Positions 1 through 13,444 of a stretch of 64,000 nt of DNA are shown one piece after another (position 1 is the first letter of the stretch; each line of letters opens with the position of its first letter). The notes below the pieces were generated by a model. It ran no database searches, had not been told where the DNA came from, and saw nothing but the letters and a program-made list of their open reading frames with translations. This DNA comes from Vermamoeba vermiformis (lineage: Eukaryota): positions 124,001 to 188,000 of the forward strand of contig JBEWZL010000077.1 in the NCBI GenBank assembly GCA_045837725.1, read 5' to 3'. The translations under genes were made by a program, and so were the position numbers.

Positions 1-888
1 TATTTTATCTGAATTAATCGCGAGAGTTAGAGCACTGACTCCGTTTGGGGTTTGGAAGTTGATCCGACTTTGTTGCAGTCCCTGAGCGACTAATAATATT
101 GTTAATTATTTGAACAATAGCAATATTTATTAGGCCTAATTGATCGAGCATTATTTGCAAAAATACCTGAATTAAGATCCAAGCTGACCAACCCATCTAT
201 CACGGCCAATAAATAATTGATTAATGGCTCCGAAGTGACGCGCAATTGGAAATCCATGAGTTATTGTGCATTTTATGATTGCGAGGCACTAAATACGAAG
301 GAGAAAAATGCATTTTTATTTTCTTTACTAAATACAGACCACAACCAGTTCAATAATGATCCACCAAAGATTAAAATATATAAATACGCCAAAGTAAGTA
401 TATTCAGATTATTCTCAAGTAAACTAATAACTTAATTTCGTTAAAAACGAAAGATATTTTCACAAAGTACCGCCCAATTTATTAAATCATTAAACTCTGT
501 TCGGCCGTATAAATTTTGTTATATTTTTGCGAATACAATAATTATGTATTAGTTTAATTAATTTAATTAGTTTTTTAGGGCTCATGCTATTTTCTCGTGA
601 GCTACGATCTAATCACCTGCGCCGCAATCTTCAATGAAGAGGTTGCTCCGAACGCATATTGAGATATATTAGAGGCCTGGCAATTATAATATCCGTCATA
701 ACACGTGCCTAACTCAGCAAAAAGATTCGTTATTCACAACGCGAGAATTTCTCAACTTTTCTTTCCTGCTTTTAGTGCGCCAAAGGTCCATCAGTAAGGC
801 ACCACTAATTGGCCAACACGAGAAGTCTTACGTAAGACTGAAAAGTATCTTGGAGTGTCAAATCCGCGAGTCAATCAATTTTCCACCA

Positions 889-2532
889 ATGGTAAGCCTT
901 TAAGCTGCTCAATTATAACATAGTAACAATAGTTGAATATGAATTTCATACTGCCTATAATTATCATTACGCTTTCGTTTAATTAAAGGATCGGATCAGA
1001 TTCGAAATTTACTTTTGGATTTTTTTTGTTTCTTGTTAAACTGTTTGACTTAGTATTAACTATTTAATTTATAGCTGTCTAAACGCAAGCGCGAAATTAG
1101 TATTAAAGAGCAAAAGTCACGCAAGAGAAGAAAAGTTGTTGACTCTTCTCCTCGCTTGGATCCAGGCATTTTCGGAGAACTGCCGCTAGAAATAGTCGTC
1201 AATCATATCATGCCTTATATAGCCATTGATTGGTTATACGTATCAAAAGCATGGCACGATCTCGCATTTCAGAGTTTGCGCTCAGATCCAAGCACCGAGT
1301 TGTCAGATTCGACCTTTGTTGACGCGGCACGTTGCGGATCTATTCGCGGTCTCGAGCTTCATACTCAACACGCCGACGAGATCGACATTAAAATGCAGAC
1401 TTATGATATGGCCATGACTGTGGCTATCGAGAAAGGTCATATGAAGGTGGTGGAGTACCTCATCGAAGAATTGTTTCTGGATGTGCACTATGACTACTTG
1501 ACGACAGCGACAGGCGAGGGCCAGCACCGCATATTGAAGTACTTCTTGGATTGGCTCGACAACGACGAGATCTACGTCAGCTACAACGACGAATACGTTT
1601 CCATGTTTGACACCGAGATCCGCATGAAAGCATCGGTCTTGATGCCTCTCGCGATCATGCACGGACATTTAAAAGCATTCAAAGTGCTGTTCAAAAAGCT
1701 ATCCGACACCGCTGAAGGCCGAAGAGACGCGACTTACGCAGCGACCAAGTACAACCAGTACAAAATATTGAAGTACTTGGCCCGTCACAATTTCCTTGAC
1801 GCGAGCAATTCGTTCTTCTATTGGGTGTTCACTGAAAATGTCGAGAAAGGCCAAACGAAGATAGTTCAACTCCTGCTGAAGCATATTAATGTGCAAAGCG
1901 ATATATTAGTCAAAGCGATTAATAAGAATCAATTGGAGATGGTCAAAGTACTCTTGGCGGATCCAAAAATAGATCCGTGCTACAACCAAAACGAACCTCT
2001 ACGAACTGCTGTTATCACTGGTAACCTCAAAATATCAAAGATATTAATCGAAGATCCACGCGTCAAAGTCTGCGGCCAAAACAGGCACATGCTGATCCGA
2101 CTTGCGGTCTCAAAGTGTTCAGTGAAAATGGTCAAACTTATTCTACAATTCCCAGAAGTCGATCCAGCAGGCGTAGTCGAAGATCCAACGATAACAAACG
2201 CGAAAAAACTGACAGTCAATCCTACGACATTTGACATCGCCGTTAGCAAAGGCTCACTTGAGATCATTCAACTATTGTTGGCAGACGAACGAACAAACTC
2301 GCAGTATTATACAGGCTACACTATCGCCATCGCCCTTCGCATGAACAAATTTGATATTGCACGGACACTACTGAACGATGAAAAAACGACCGTGATTGAC
2401 GCATCGCACTACAATATCATCGTCAAATTGGCCGTGAAAAAACAACTGTTGGACATTGTCACAAAAGTCAGTAACTTACGAAGACAAAAACTGAGTCCAA
2501 AGAACAACTTAATAAAGAACAAATCAAAATGA
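889..2532 (+). CDS. F-box-like + ankyrin-repeat protein with basic N-terminal NLS
   Basis: ATG at 889 is followed directly by GTAAGC. The acceptor at 1074 joins in frame to LSKRKREISIKEQKSRKRRK and ORF 1156..2532. LPLEIVVNHIMPY is F-box-like. Repeated AIEKGHMKVVEYL, AIMHGHLKAFKVL, AVITGNLKISKIL and AVSKGSLEIIQLL are ankyrin-type. Confidence 0.85.
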
Positions 2533-2637
2533 ATTCTTTTACAACGAATTTTCACGTGTCATTCGCAATGTCAAACTAATTCGGTCATAAACATTTGATG
2601 AGAAATTGAAGTTTATTGCCAATGAATCAGTTCGGAT

Positions 2638-4197
2638 TTAGAAGAATGAAAATGCAAGCATGACCGAAAACGTTGAAACAGCGAACGACAACACGCTAGA
2701 AGAGCTCGTAGTAGGCACGTTAGCATCGATCGCTTTTGGTGCTGCAACGGCTACTGGAACTGTAGTCATCGGGCACAAAGTAGATGCAGTGCAAGTGGTG
2801 CTTTGACTGCCCTTAGTGAAGGTATATTGGACCTCCATCTTGTTGTCAACGACCATACTCAGTCCTGTCACTGCAGCAGATACGGCCCTGCATCCGTCAT
2901 TGATAGTGTATAAGCTACTCATATCAAGAGTAGAGCAGTTAGTAGGTGTCAAGTCGTTGCACGTGACATCGATCGGATCCGCTAGACATACAAGCGCTGA
3001 ATGAATGACGCATCGAAAGCTTTGCAAGTCACAGCCCACAGTCACCAAGTAGTCGTCAACTAGAGTAACTCCAAGCCCGAAAAGTCCATTGCGGTTGGAA
3101 TACAGAGCCGTTGTTGGTTCCCAAAGACCAGAAGAATTTCGTGTCAAAGCAAAGATCTTGCCAGCAAGGGCAGCATTTGCAATAGACGAGCCATCACCAG
3201 GCGCAGATATCCAGAGAGTATGTTGATTAGAAAATGCGAAGCTAATTCCGAGATAGGCTTTCGGATCGAGGCCCAGATCCGCTCCTTCGTAGTCTTGTTG
3301 ACGCCACTCGCCGTTGACTTTCGTGAAGATAATCAAATGACCAATGCCTGCATTGCCAAGTTGATTTGAACCGACAACAACAGTATCATTGCCATTATAA
3401 GCAGCCACATTGAAGTACGATGAGTTCTGCAAAGTGAACGTCTCGATCAGTTTCCAAGACAGATCTGCTTGACGTTCAAACACGCCAAGAGTCACTTCGC
3501 TAGATCCTTCGGTAGCATTGATGCCAAAGAAATAGTTGCCGTTGAAAGCTGAAGTCGGATTAATTCGCGAAGGATTGACGTTGTATTTGGCTGTCTCAAA
3601 TCCGTTCAGAGAAGTGGTCGAGATGACATTCCAAGTGCCATTAACGTCATACTGGAAGGTTACCAAAGCACCCTCTGCTGGATCTACGCCAACAAGTGTT
3701 CCATCGTCGAAAAAGTGACAGTTGAAAAAATCCGCTGGATGTAGGTCAAGTTGACCAGCGAATTTCCTTCCACCGTTAATACCATGAAACCTTCGGTAAA
3801 GAAGCCAACATTTTTTCCATTTGTGATGGGGAATGCCGCAGATGAAGGAATAGTGACGTTATCTACCAACTGAAAAAATCCTTGCGGATCTCGTCGGCGG
3901 ATGAGGTAAGTGAGACCATTATCAATAGCGTTATGGATTAATAGATCTCCATGCGCTGCAACAGGAAAATTAAGCCAAAATGCTGTCGGATTTATCACGA
4001 ATGCTTCAGACTGAGCCTCAAGCAAATATGACTACGCAAACTAAGGTTAGCAAATACGCTATAAGCGTTTTTAAGTATAATTAATCGGCTTGATTCAGTT
4101 TGTAGCGAGATCTGGCGTATTCATGACTTACATCTCGGGCTTGGGTAGCAGCAAGAATTGAAGCAATAACGAGAATAGGAGCAAGGAGTTGCTTCAT
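2638..4197 (-). CDS. Secreted, probably GPI-anchored protein with FG-GAP/beta-propeller-like repeats and a Cys-rich stalk
   Basis: Signal peptide MKQLLAPILVIASILAATQA from 4197. Intron ~4131-4032. A putative 56-nt intron near 3790-3735 joins ORFs 3684..4025 and 2638..3666. Motif LGISFAF...LWISAPG...AGKIF is FG-GAP-like. S/T-rich stalk and hydrophobic C-terminus VLSFAVSTFSVMLAFSFF. Confidence 0.7.
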
Positions 4198-4643
4198 GTT
4201 GTTTTCGACACTAAAGATAAAAATAAATAAGGTTAAACTCGTTTTTTCGCTTTTTTACCAGTGCAATTCCCAATCGTTGCGGCACCTGTCACTTCGCTCG
4301 ATTGTAAAATCACGATTGGTGCTTAAACTTGACATTACATGATACTGATGCTTGGATTACTCGTACTTGATACGACCATTCAATTTTGAAGTTACATCGC
4401 CAAAGTGCAAGTGATCTCGATTTGAAGCTCCCTGCGGAGAATTCGAATCTCGAATTAGCTTCTCGATAAATGAACTGCAGCAGAGATTTTTAGCTAATCA
4501 ATTTATGATCACGTTTGACCAAAAACCGATCCACTCGTGGATGCGCTGACCAAAGACTGCAAGAAACATAATCAACAATTGCAATCAGAATAATTTGTAT
4601 TATAATGATGAAGCAATATACCTTTATTGTTAGCGTAGTGCGA

Positions 4644-5855
4644 CTATTTGCCCTTAATCAGCCACAAGATCCCAGCGAGAGTGATTCCAACGGCCAAGAA
4701 AAAGTTTCTTCTGTACGAAATCTTTGGCAAACTTCTATTGAACATTATACCATCATATAGAGTGTACATTAGGCACGCCAGACTATACGCTGTCGCTGGA
4801 AAGAAGATCGCGGACACGATCGCGGTCAAACCAGCCCCGGCTGTCGCTCTATCGTTGCTAATGTATCTAAATGGCTCTGCAACCATTAATATTATTACCA
4901 TAAATGGTAATATCATCGCTAAAACTCCGTAATGGAACCCTGCAAGCACTGCAAATAAGACCACTCGAAATAGTACGCCACGGTAGTTTTTGAAATTAAC
5001 CTCGAGTGGGTGACTTGCTTCCAACATTAATATGGGCATTAATAATGCAAATGGATCAGTTCTCCACTCGACAATATTGATCTGCAGCAGATTTGACCAA
5101 GTAAACTCGCCGGATGTAAATTTGTTCAACAAGTAATCCAAGAACGGTGCCAAAAATATTGCCTATTGAAAATAATAATATTAATTAAGTATAATATAGG
5201 CCTATAACACGTACTCTAAGGACACCCATTAAAGGCTCCATCCGCTGCACATTTTCAAAATTCCATATAACTCGCTTCATAGCTCGTCCATTCGTAAGAT
5301 AGTATTTAAACCACTTAGGTTCTCGAATAAGCTGCATAATGAACTTGAAGACGGTCTCTGGAGCTTTCAAAGAGTTGTTCTCTAGCCAAGGTCCGTAGAT
5401 CGGCTTTGGTTCGTTCAAAGAGAGCCATAACTTCGCTTCTTCCGATCTACGCTTCATAAAGAAACATAATTTAGGTGTGATTAATACTTGGGTAGGGTTG
5501 ACGCGCTGAGCTGGCGAGATCCTCCTCGCATACATTTTCTCTACCAATTGACAAGCTGCTTTATCCACCAAAGCTACATTTAATATGTCCTTTGTATCAA
5601 AGTGAGTTGATAGATATTTTTCTACAATAATTAGCCATAGTTCTTGTGGTAAATCCGCAACGTTGTCAGATCTGAATTCCAAAAAAAATCAGGTTTAACT
5701 TCTATTCACGTGGCTTCTTTTGTACAAAAATTAATGTCGTACATATTTAGCCTCGGACTTCGTTTGTATTTCCGTAAGCGTTTCCAGATGAAACAACCGA
5801 CTGCATAGAGACTGATGACCGAGCTTGTGGCTAAGGTAATACGAATATTATTCAT
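4644..5855 (-). CDS. Membrane protein: N-terminal TM, F-box-like motif, C-terminal multi-pass hydrophobic domain
   Basis: Three exons join in frame: MNNIRITLATSSVISLYAVGCFIWKRLRK..., then SDNVADLPQELWLIIVEKYL (F-box-like), then AIFLAPFL... with about 4-5 hydrophobic segments (ORFs 5185..5682 and 4644..5153). Confidence 0.65.
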
Positions 5856-6048
5856 TGGATTACTTCTGATTGATCATAATATTAAAGATTTTGGGTTGTG
5901 CTGTTTACTTTTAGCTCCTATTGAAATGTCGACGTGACAAAGATAATCAAACAGATTATAATTGCGGAACAACTGCAGGAGTAGTGGACATTTTATCCAA
6001 CCGAAATACGCAGGCACACAAGATTTGGAGTTCAACTTCAAGATCGAT

Positions 6049-9000
6049 TTACAGCAAGAACAATCCAAAAAAGACTGTCATAGCGACAACAAACAATGAG
6101 CTGGATAACGAGACGGTCGCTGAGACAGGGTCGCTGTCAGGCTTTGATGAAGTGACCGGTGTTTGTTGCTGTTGTTGTGGAGGCTGTACCGACGAAGGCG
6201 TGGGACCAGCGATCTGGACTTGGGCGGTGAACTGCGAGCCTTGATTGGACAAAGAGCCTGCCAGCACCATTCTCTTCTTGAACGCAACTGGAGCGGTGGA
6301 ATTCGACGTTGCGTTGGGAGTTGAAGGGCCAACAGGGACTACAGGAGCAACAGGCGTGACCGAGCTTGAGCCGTTAGTCACAAACCACTCGACGTCCACA
6401 ACAGCAACAAAGTTGTAAACGCCGTTTTGACCTTGGTACAACTTGAACAAAGTGCTGTTGTCGCCCGAGTTGGGTGTGCTGACGCTAATGTCAAGGCCGA
6501 ACCACGCTTGCGAGGGACCTGATGAACCAGTGCTGAAGTTGTTGGCAATGGCAACGTTGGTAAGACTCGTATTGTAGTACAAATATTGGTAGTTGACATT
6601 TGGGCCGTAATAGTACACAGACTCGACTGACACTTTTGACAGGCTGACACGAGACGAGAACGCGCTGATCAAAAAGTAAGCGGATCTGATGCAAAACTGT
6701 TAGTCCGGGGCTTCACATTTTAAAGTAAATTGTATGTACGTACTGTCCAGGATAGAACGCCAGAGCGTAGTTTGAGAAAGTTGGATCGGTGAAAGCTTGA
6801 ATGTAACCGTTGAGATCAATGTCCACTGACACTTCGCCGCACAAGCTTTGAGACACGATGCGCGACTCGATGTAGACTTGAGTACCGTTCTTGGCCTCCT
6901 CAGGACAACCTTGCTCGCTTCTGCAGCCAAGCGAAACTACCATGCGATAGACACCAGAGATTGAGCAGGTGGTGGTGTTGACGTGAATTTCAAGGCGCTG
7001 AACGCAAGGACCAACGCCTGTACAGTTGACATTTACGACTTCAATCCACGCGTCAACTCCGTAAGGCAAATCAACGAGTTGCACGGTCTCGATCTGCAAC
7101 GGGAATTGCACGGCAGACACGTACTGGAGGTTACCAGATTGAGACTCAGTGCTCACCGTTTGACCAACAAAAGCAGCGTCAATAGCGAGGCTGGGAGGGC
7201 CAAAGACTTGGACGTAAGATTGAATCTTGCAATACGTTAGTATTTCCATGTTAGATGCGCAAATGAACACCTACAGCGAGGGTCTTGGGCATACGAATGG
7301 CAATAGGCATCGGAGTATCAATAACTCGATCGTAAGACGAGCCAGCAACAGTGACACGATCAATTTGTTTCACGTGAACAGTGCCTCGGTAAACGTCTTC
7401 GGTTGATGACGAGGTCTTGGTGAAACCGCACTCAGTGTAAGGAATTGTAACGTCAATTCTGTCCTCGCAGCCCCAGTTGTACTTTTGGTAGTATTGAGGA
7501 CTATTGATGAAACTGCATTGAGAGTTAGGAAGTTCAATGAGCGTGCGACGATTGGGAACCATCTGCGACAAGACGGTGAAGGTCAATTGATTGCCATAGA
7601 CATAATTCCAGGTCATGTATGGCACGTAGTCGTTACTAAGACTGTCGGTCTGATTCACAAAGCAGTAGAGAGGTGAACTAACGCTGCATTTGTAATGCGA
7701 GTTGTTATCCGTGGCATAACTGAGGGCGTTAGCCGATTGATCTGAATGTTGCAATAATGCACAACATACCCAGAGAAGCAGTTGCAAACGCCGTTGCTCT
7801 CGACATAGCCGTTAACGCAGACAGGTTGAATGACTCCAGGCAAGGTCTGAGTGTCGACATAGGCAAAGTAATTGCCATACATTTCCAAGAAATAAACTGT
7901 TGTAGCAGTTCCGTTGGGCATAAAGAAATCGTCAGATCGAACTACCCAACGTTAGTAAAGAAAAATAATACTACCAGAACAGGCTCTTACTTGTGGAATT
8001 TCCAAAGTTGGACTCTGCGTACGCCCAACCACCATTATTTTCTTGGTATGGAATGTTAGACGCGAAAACGGTGCTCCATGACATTCCTCGAGCGTTCTCG
8101 CCTAATGTTACTGTAGCAACGCCATCAAAGGGGACTAAAATAATAAAAAATTAATGTCGCAACCTACTTTGAATTGAAGTCCTTACTGTAAAATACGAAG
8201 CGGAGGTAGCTTAAGCTGGGATCATAAGTCGAAGGGAAGTCATCAATGGCAAAAAAGTAGCCTCTAAAGTCGTCGGCCAAAAACGTGAGGCTTCTGTCAG
8301 CAGAAATAGCCACATTATTGATAGTACTCTGAAGTTCATTCCACATAGTGTAGAGTTCAAAGGTGTAAACTCCGTTACCCGAGAACAGATTCTGGTAACC
8401 ACTAACTGAAGAACCACTGACGTTGTATCTCGAATAGTCGCTCAAATATATCGCCGACAATGTATAGGGCAGATACGCGGAAAATCCGCTGATGAATCTA
8501 AATCTGGGCCAGCCATACGAAGGAGTTGAGTGGGGAGGGGACACCGGCGCAGACGTTGGTGGTACCGACACTGGTGCCGCAATGGGTGCTTCGTTGAAGT
8601 TCAGCCAGTTGTTTTGCACCACATTGTAACCAAATCCAAACGGAGTTCCAATATCTCCGCGAATATAGATGACTGTAGTATTATCCAGGTAGACCCCGAT
8701 TGTATCTAATTGAGCGTTAATTCGTGCGACAGGCTTGCTAAGACTTACTATTGAACACAGGAGTACTAACGGTAAAATAAACGTATCCGGGGTAACCAAT
8801 ATCAACGAAACCAGTGTGGCTGCCGTAGGGGATGGAAAAATTGAATCTGGAAGAAGTAACCGTCAAGTTGCCACCATAAGTCGCAGCTAACAGGAAGAGG
8901 TGTCAGAAAAGAATGCTCGGTGAACTCCGATCAATTCCTGTAATTACCTGCGATGTTAACGATTTTCAAGTAGGGGCTGGCAGAAGGACCAACTTCGTCG

Positions 9001-9413
9001 AAGACCCATAGTTCCGATGGCACGTCCGCCGTTGGTGCAATATTGTCTGATCTGGCAATGTAAACTAGGGTGTAGCTTTGTCCATCAAGCGGGTTCAATC
9101 CAGATGCGGCCAAGTAATCAATTGGAATTGATATATTATCTACGTCGTAAGCATAAATGCTACTGTAGTCATACAGAGGGAACAAAGCATTCGGCAGATC
9201 AACGTAATTCGAAACTGGGATGTCGGTGCCAAAAGTATCAGGGAATCCTCCCATCACGGCCATCGAAGATATATTATTTCTGAGATACACATCCGTCGTC
9301 ACATCTACCATTTGACCATAATAGCGAGCGTTCATGAGTCGGATTTGAGATCGACCATAAACCGTAACGCCAAAAATAACGCAAAATAAGAGCGTTAATA
9401 GTTTGCGTTGCAT
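6049..9413 (-). CDS. Secreted surface glycoprotein A: beta-rich (DUF4397-like) repeats + EGF + ZP-like module + GPI-type tail
   Basis: Signal peptide MQRKLLTLLFCVIFGVTVYG. Repeats IRLMNA, LKIVNIA, FRFISG, LRFVFY. EGF-like CVNGYVESNGVCNCFSGY. ZP-like IPYTECGF...YRGTVHV and IQAFTDPTF...FYPGQ. FKKR basic site and hydrophobic C-terminus. Exons correspond to ORFs 8931..9413, 8164..8805, 7655..7921, 7251..7787, 6713..7270, 6049..6672. Confidence 0.75.
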
Positions 9414-9675
9414 TTTCCTGTCGTGCTGTCGCTATTGTTGTTGAATCGAACTAAAACAAAACGAAATCAGAACAGAAGAATTGGTGACAGATGTCAAAAA
9501 TAATACCGGCCAATAGAAACCGTCGTCGGCGAGAATTCGGTTGTTTATAAATATTTCACGTGCGCGGTCTCCCATCAATCCCATCAGCTGTCCTCACAAA
9601 AAGTGCAACAACAAGTATCAGTTTAATGCAGAAATAACGTACGTACAATCATTCATTAGTCCGCATCCAGATCGA

Positions 9676-12600
9676 TTAGATCTGCAACGTAAGCAAGAAA
9701 GCAACACAAGCTATGCAGACAGAGAATAGACCCGCAAAACTAGTGCCTGCAGATACCGTTCCTTTGTCAGTGGAATCAGGTTGAACAGAAGAAGTACCAG
9801 TGATCTGTACTTCAGCGTTTAACTGCGAGCCTTGCGACAGTGTGCCTTGAAGTGCCACTCTCTTCTTGAATTGGTAGGGATAGGTGGAGTTGTACGATGG
9901 TAAGGGTGACGGTAAGGTTATAGGTGCGTTCGCGGTCGGAGTGCCGTCCAACATCCACTCGACTTCAACGATAGCGGTAAAAGAGTATACACCACTCTGA
10001 CCATTGTCCAGTTTAAACATCGTGTCTTCATATGAAGCCAGCTTGCTAACGGTAACGTCGAAACTGAACCACAACTGAGAACTCGAGAGTTGTCCCCAAG
10101 TGAAGTTGTTGTGTGCGGCACGAGAAGAGACATTTCCACCATTGGTCAACAGGAAGTGACCAGCAATATTAGGGCCTTGGTAGTAAACTTGTTCGAGTGT
10201 CACGTGAGAGATGACAACTTGGGGTGAATTGGTGTTGACCAAAAAGTAGGCAGGTCTGTACACTGTTGTGTTAGTTCTGCATTCTTGCCACACGACGCCT
10301 TGTCAACACTTACTGTCCGGGGCCAAAAGACAAGGATTGGCTATTGAAAGAAAGACTGTCGTATGCTCTCAATGAGCCTTGAAGACCAACGTCTACTGAA
10401 GCATCACCACAGGACCGTTGTGCGACTATAGTGGAAGTAATGGTGGCTTTAACAGGTGCTTCTTGAACATCTGTAGGACAGTTCGTTTGGTTGCGACAGC
10501 CAATCGACACGTCGATGCTATAGTAACCCGAGATCTCGCAATTGCCGATTTTGAGGTCAATGACTAAGTACTGCAAGCAATAGTTCGAGGTGCAGTTCGT
10601 GCTTGAAAAGCGCAAGGTAGCATTCACTCCGTAAGGGCGCTGTTGCACCTGAGCACTTTCAACGATGAACTGAGCTGGGACGGAAGTAGCATAGACCAGT
10701 TGAGCAGTTTGAGTGGCAGTATCAACTCTTTGACTAACAAGGGCTGCAGTGAGAGGCACGGTGTACACGGGAGCTGCAATGACCTCAACGCTCGATTCAA
10801 TCTATCCACTGTTAGTCGAGCCTAAGAAAACAAGCTAGAACTTACCGCAATGTTCTTAGGCAAGCGAATGAGAAGGGTGAAGGGCGTGTCGATAACGCGT
10901 TCAATGGTGTTGTCATTAACCCGAACGGATTCAATGTGCTTTACGTGCATCTCAGCTCGGTAGACGTCTTCGTTGGGATTGGAAGTCTTAGTGAAGCCAC
11001 AAGTAGTGAACGGAATCAGCACGTCAAATTGATCGGCGCAACCACCAACACTCTTGATGTAAGAACTTGGATTGTTGATCAAGTTGCACGAAGGGTTTGG
11101 AAACTCGATGAGCGTACGTCTGCCAGGGAAGAACGCAGAATAGACACTGAAACCCAGGTTGCTTCGAGTGACGTACAAGTTATAAAGAGATGGAACGGCT
11201 CCGGTGTCGGTAGAAGACGATGTTGCGTTTGCAGATGGACACCAGTAAGGAGGTGACATGGAGCACTTGACATTGGGATAGTTGTAGTCATTAGCGAAAC
11301 TAGTCGAAGTACGTTAGTTCGTTAGACCTCGCGTCATGGGATAGATCTCGCGTTACCCTGAGTAACAGTTGCAATAGCCAGTGGTCTCGACATAGCCGTT
11401 AGCGCAAACAGGGCCCTGAGAAGTTGGTGGCGGCAATTCAGTTTCGTCATCAATCCAATAAAATGTATCCCAACTACCAACACGACCAAGTACGTAGTAG
11501 GTAGTCAGTGTATCAGGTTGGCCTCGTGGCAACGAACCTACACAGCACGTTAAACCATGCCTGAATTAAATGTATTTATGACTCCCTTACTGCTGCCAAA
11601 GTATTCGCTGGAACTGATATCCGAAATATTTCCAGCTACAACATCGAAGTACGAGCCGAAAGTCACTTGAGTGCCGAAATACCACTCGCCATCCACGTAA
11701 ACTGTCAAAGTATCTCCCTGTCCTTTTCGGAAGAGTTAGAATATTGACTACTAGTAAAGCCTTGGTACTTACTTGTATTTACAACACGATACTTGGAAAA
11801 CTCGGGGTTTTCAGGGTAGGTCGCTCGGGCTGGAGCTTCGTCAAGGTAAAGCAGATGATAGGTTCCGTTGATAGAGTTGTAAAACACTAACGAGGATTGA
11901 GAGTTGCTTGGCAGCACCAATGTGGTGTAGACATTAAATCCATCAACAACGAATGTGATCGGAACGTTGCTCGGAACAGTGAGGTATTCCCCGAAAATGT
12001 TGTCATAGGGAAACAAGGAAGACGTAGCTGTGCTGTTGGTAATGACGTACTGATAGTTCATGGTGTGCATGACAGCAGGGACACGGATATCGGGGAAAAA
12101 AGCGCCATTGATGAGACGAATGCGTGCCGTTTGTGGTGCGCTTGTTGGAGTGACAGGAGCAACGGGGCTATTTACAGGAGGATTGACGACAAGAGTGAAA
12201 GGGACAACGTATGTGCTCCAAGTTAAATCAGAACCATTAGTGCCACGGAGGTAGAGGAATGTTGTGGCGTCTCGTTGCAACGTCACGTTGACTTGAGCTG
12301 GAGTTTGGTGTTAGTCAACGCGGAGGAACAAAGATTAATAGACATACAGTAAGAGTTGAGGTAGTCGAACTCTCCCCAAACCAAGACACTGGACACATCA
12401 TATACCAGGAAATTTGAGGACGTGCCAAAGGCGACGTTTGCATAAGCAAAGCTTGTTCCGTCAAAGATTTCAATAGAGAACGAGGAGTAAGACGAAGAAT
12501 CTATTCCAAGAAATAAAAACATTAATAATTAGTAGAAATTATTAGCGGAACAACACGGTGCGTACCAACAACGTTGATGATCTTGAGCGCTGCTTTGCCC

Positions 12601-13001
12601 GCAAGTAATGATGCATTAGAGGGTCGTTCTTCAACGCTAAACAGCTTCAAGGGCACATCGGATCCCGCAGCAACAAAAGTATAGCTCTGATTGTCGGCCA
12701 GCGTTGCATTTACAAACGCGCTATCCGTGTTAGTAACGACATCGTGAACGTAGAACGTGACGAGTTGGTTGAAAGGCAGGCCAGGCTGGGGTAACGACTG
12801 ATAAGGGCTGAGGGGCAATGCGTCTCCAGAAGCCATGTTCGTGGTTAGCGTCCCATTAATAGGACCGTTGGGCTGAGCGGCTAAGCCAAGGTACGAGTAT
12901 GTCTTCAGTTGGGTGTTTGCGAACCTAATTTGAGACGATCCGTGAACAGCAACGATGCCAAGTAGCAATAAGCCAAACAACGCGTGTTTTAGTCGCGCCA
13001 T
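9676..13001 (-). CDS. Secreted surface glycoprotein B, tandem paralog of A (EGF + ZP-like + GPI-type tail)
   Basis: Signal peptide MARLKHALFGLLLLGIVAVHG. Same domain order as A, with matching intron positions where checked (e.g. PGQ|xAYFL). IPFTTCGFTKT, RVIDTP, LRAYDSLSF...FGPGQ, FKKR and a hydrophobic end. Confidence 0.75.
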
Positions 13002-13444
13002 TGTTCAGCAGATGTGGTCGACGTGATCTGTTCTGGTAAATAATTGGGTTCGTTTCAATCGCTAATACCCCGCTTTCGTACACCGTGACAGCATTTCTGC
13101 ACTATTTGCACCAATCAAATAACGCAAAAGCCACGTGCTCCGGGCTGTTCCAAAATACACAAAAAAATATTTGATATTCATAAATGATAATAGTGCATGT
13201 AATAATATTAATTCTAACCTCGACTTATTTTTAAAGTCAATAAAATTACCGAACAACGGTCCGATCAGACCGGTTGATGTGGCTTGTGTGCCTAGCTAGG
13301 AACAGAGCTGCGAAATATTTGCACGAACCACTCGGAATTGGTATTGGTAGTGAAACATTATAAACGCGTGTTGTCGTCTTGGGCCGCTGGGGTGAAAAAT
13401 AATGCCTCAAGAAGAAAAATTCATTCTCTTTCAAAACTAACATC

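Noticed and set aside
1-880. Short ORFs 14..196 and 217..435 in AT-rich DNA
   Set aside because: No recognisable motifs; probably intergenic.
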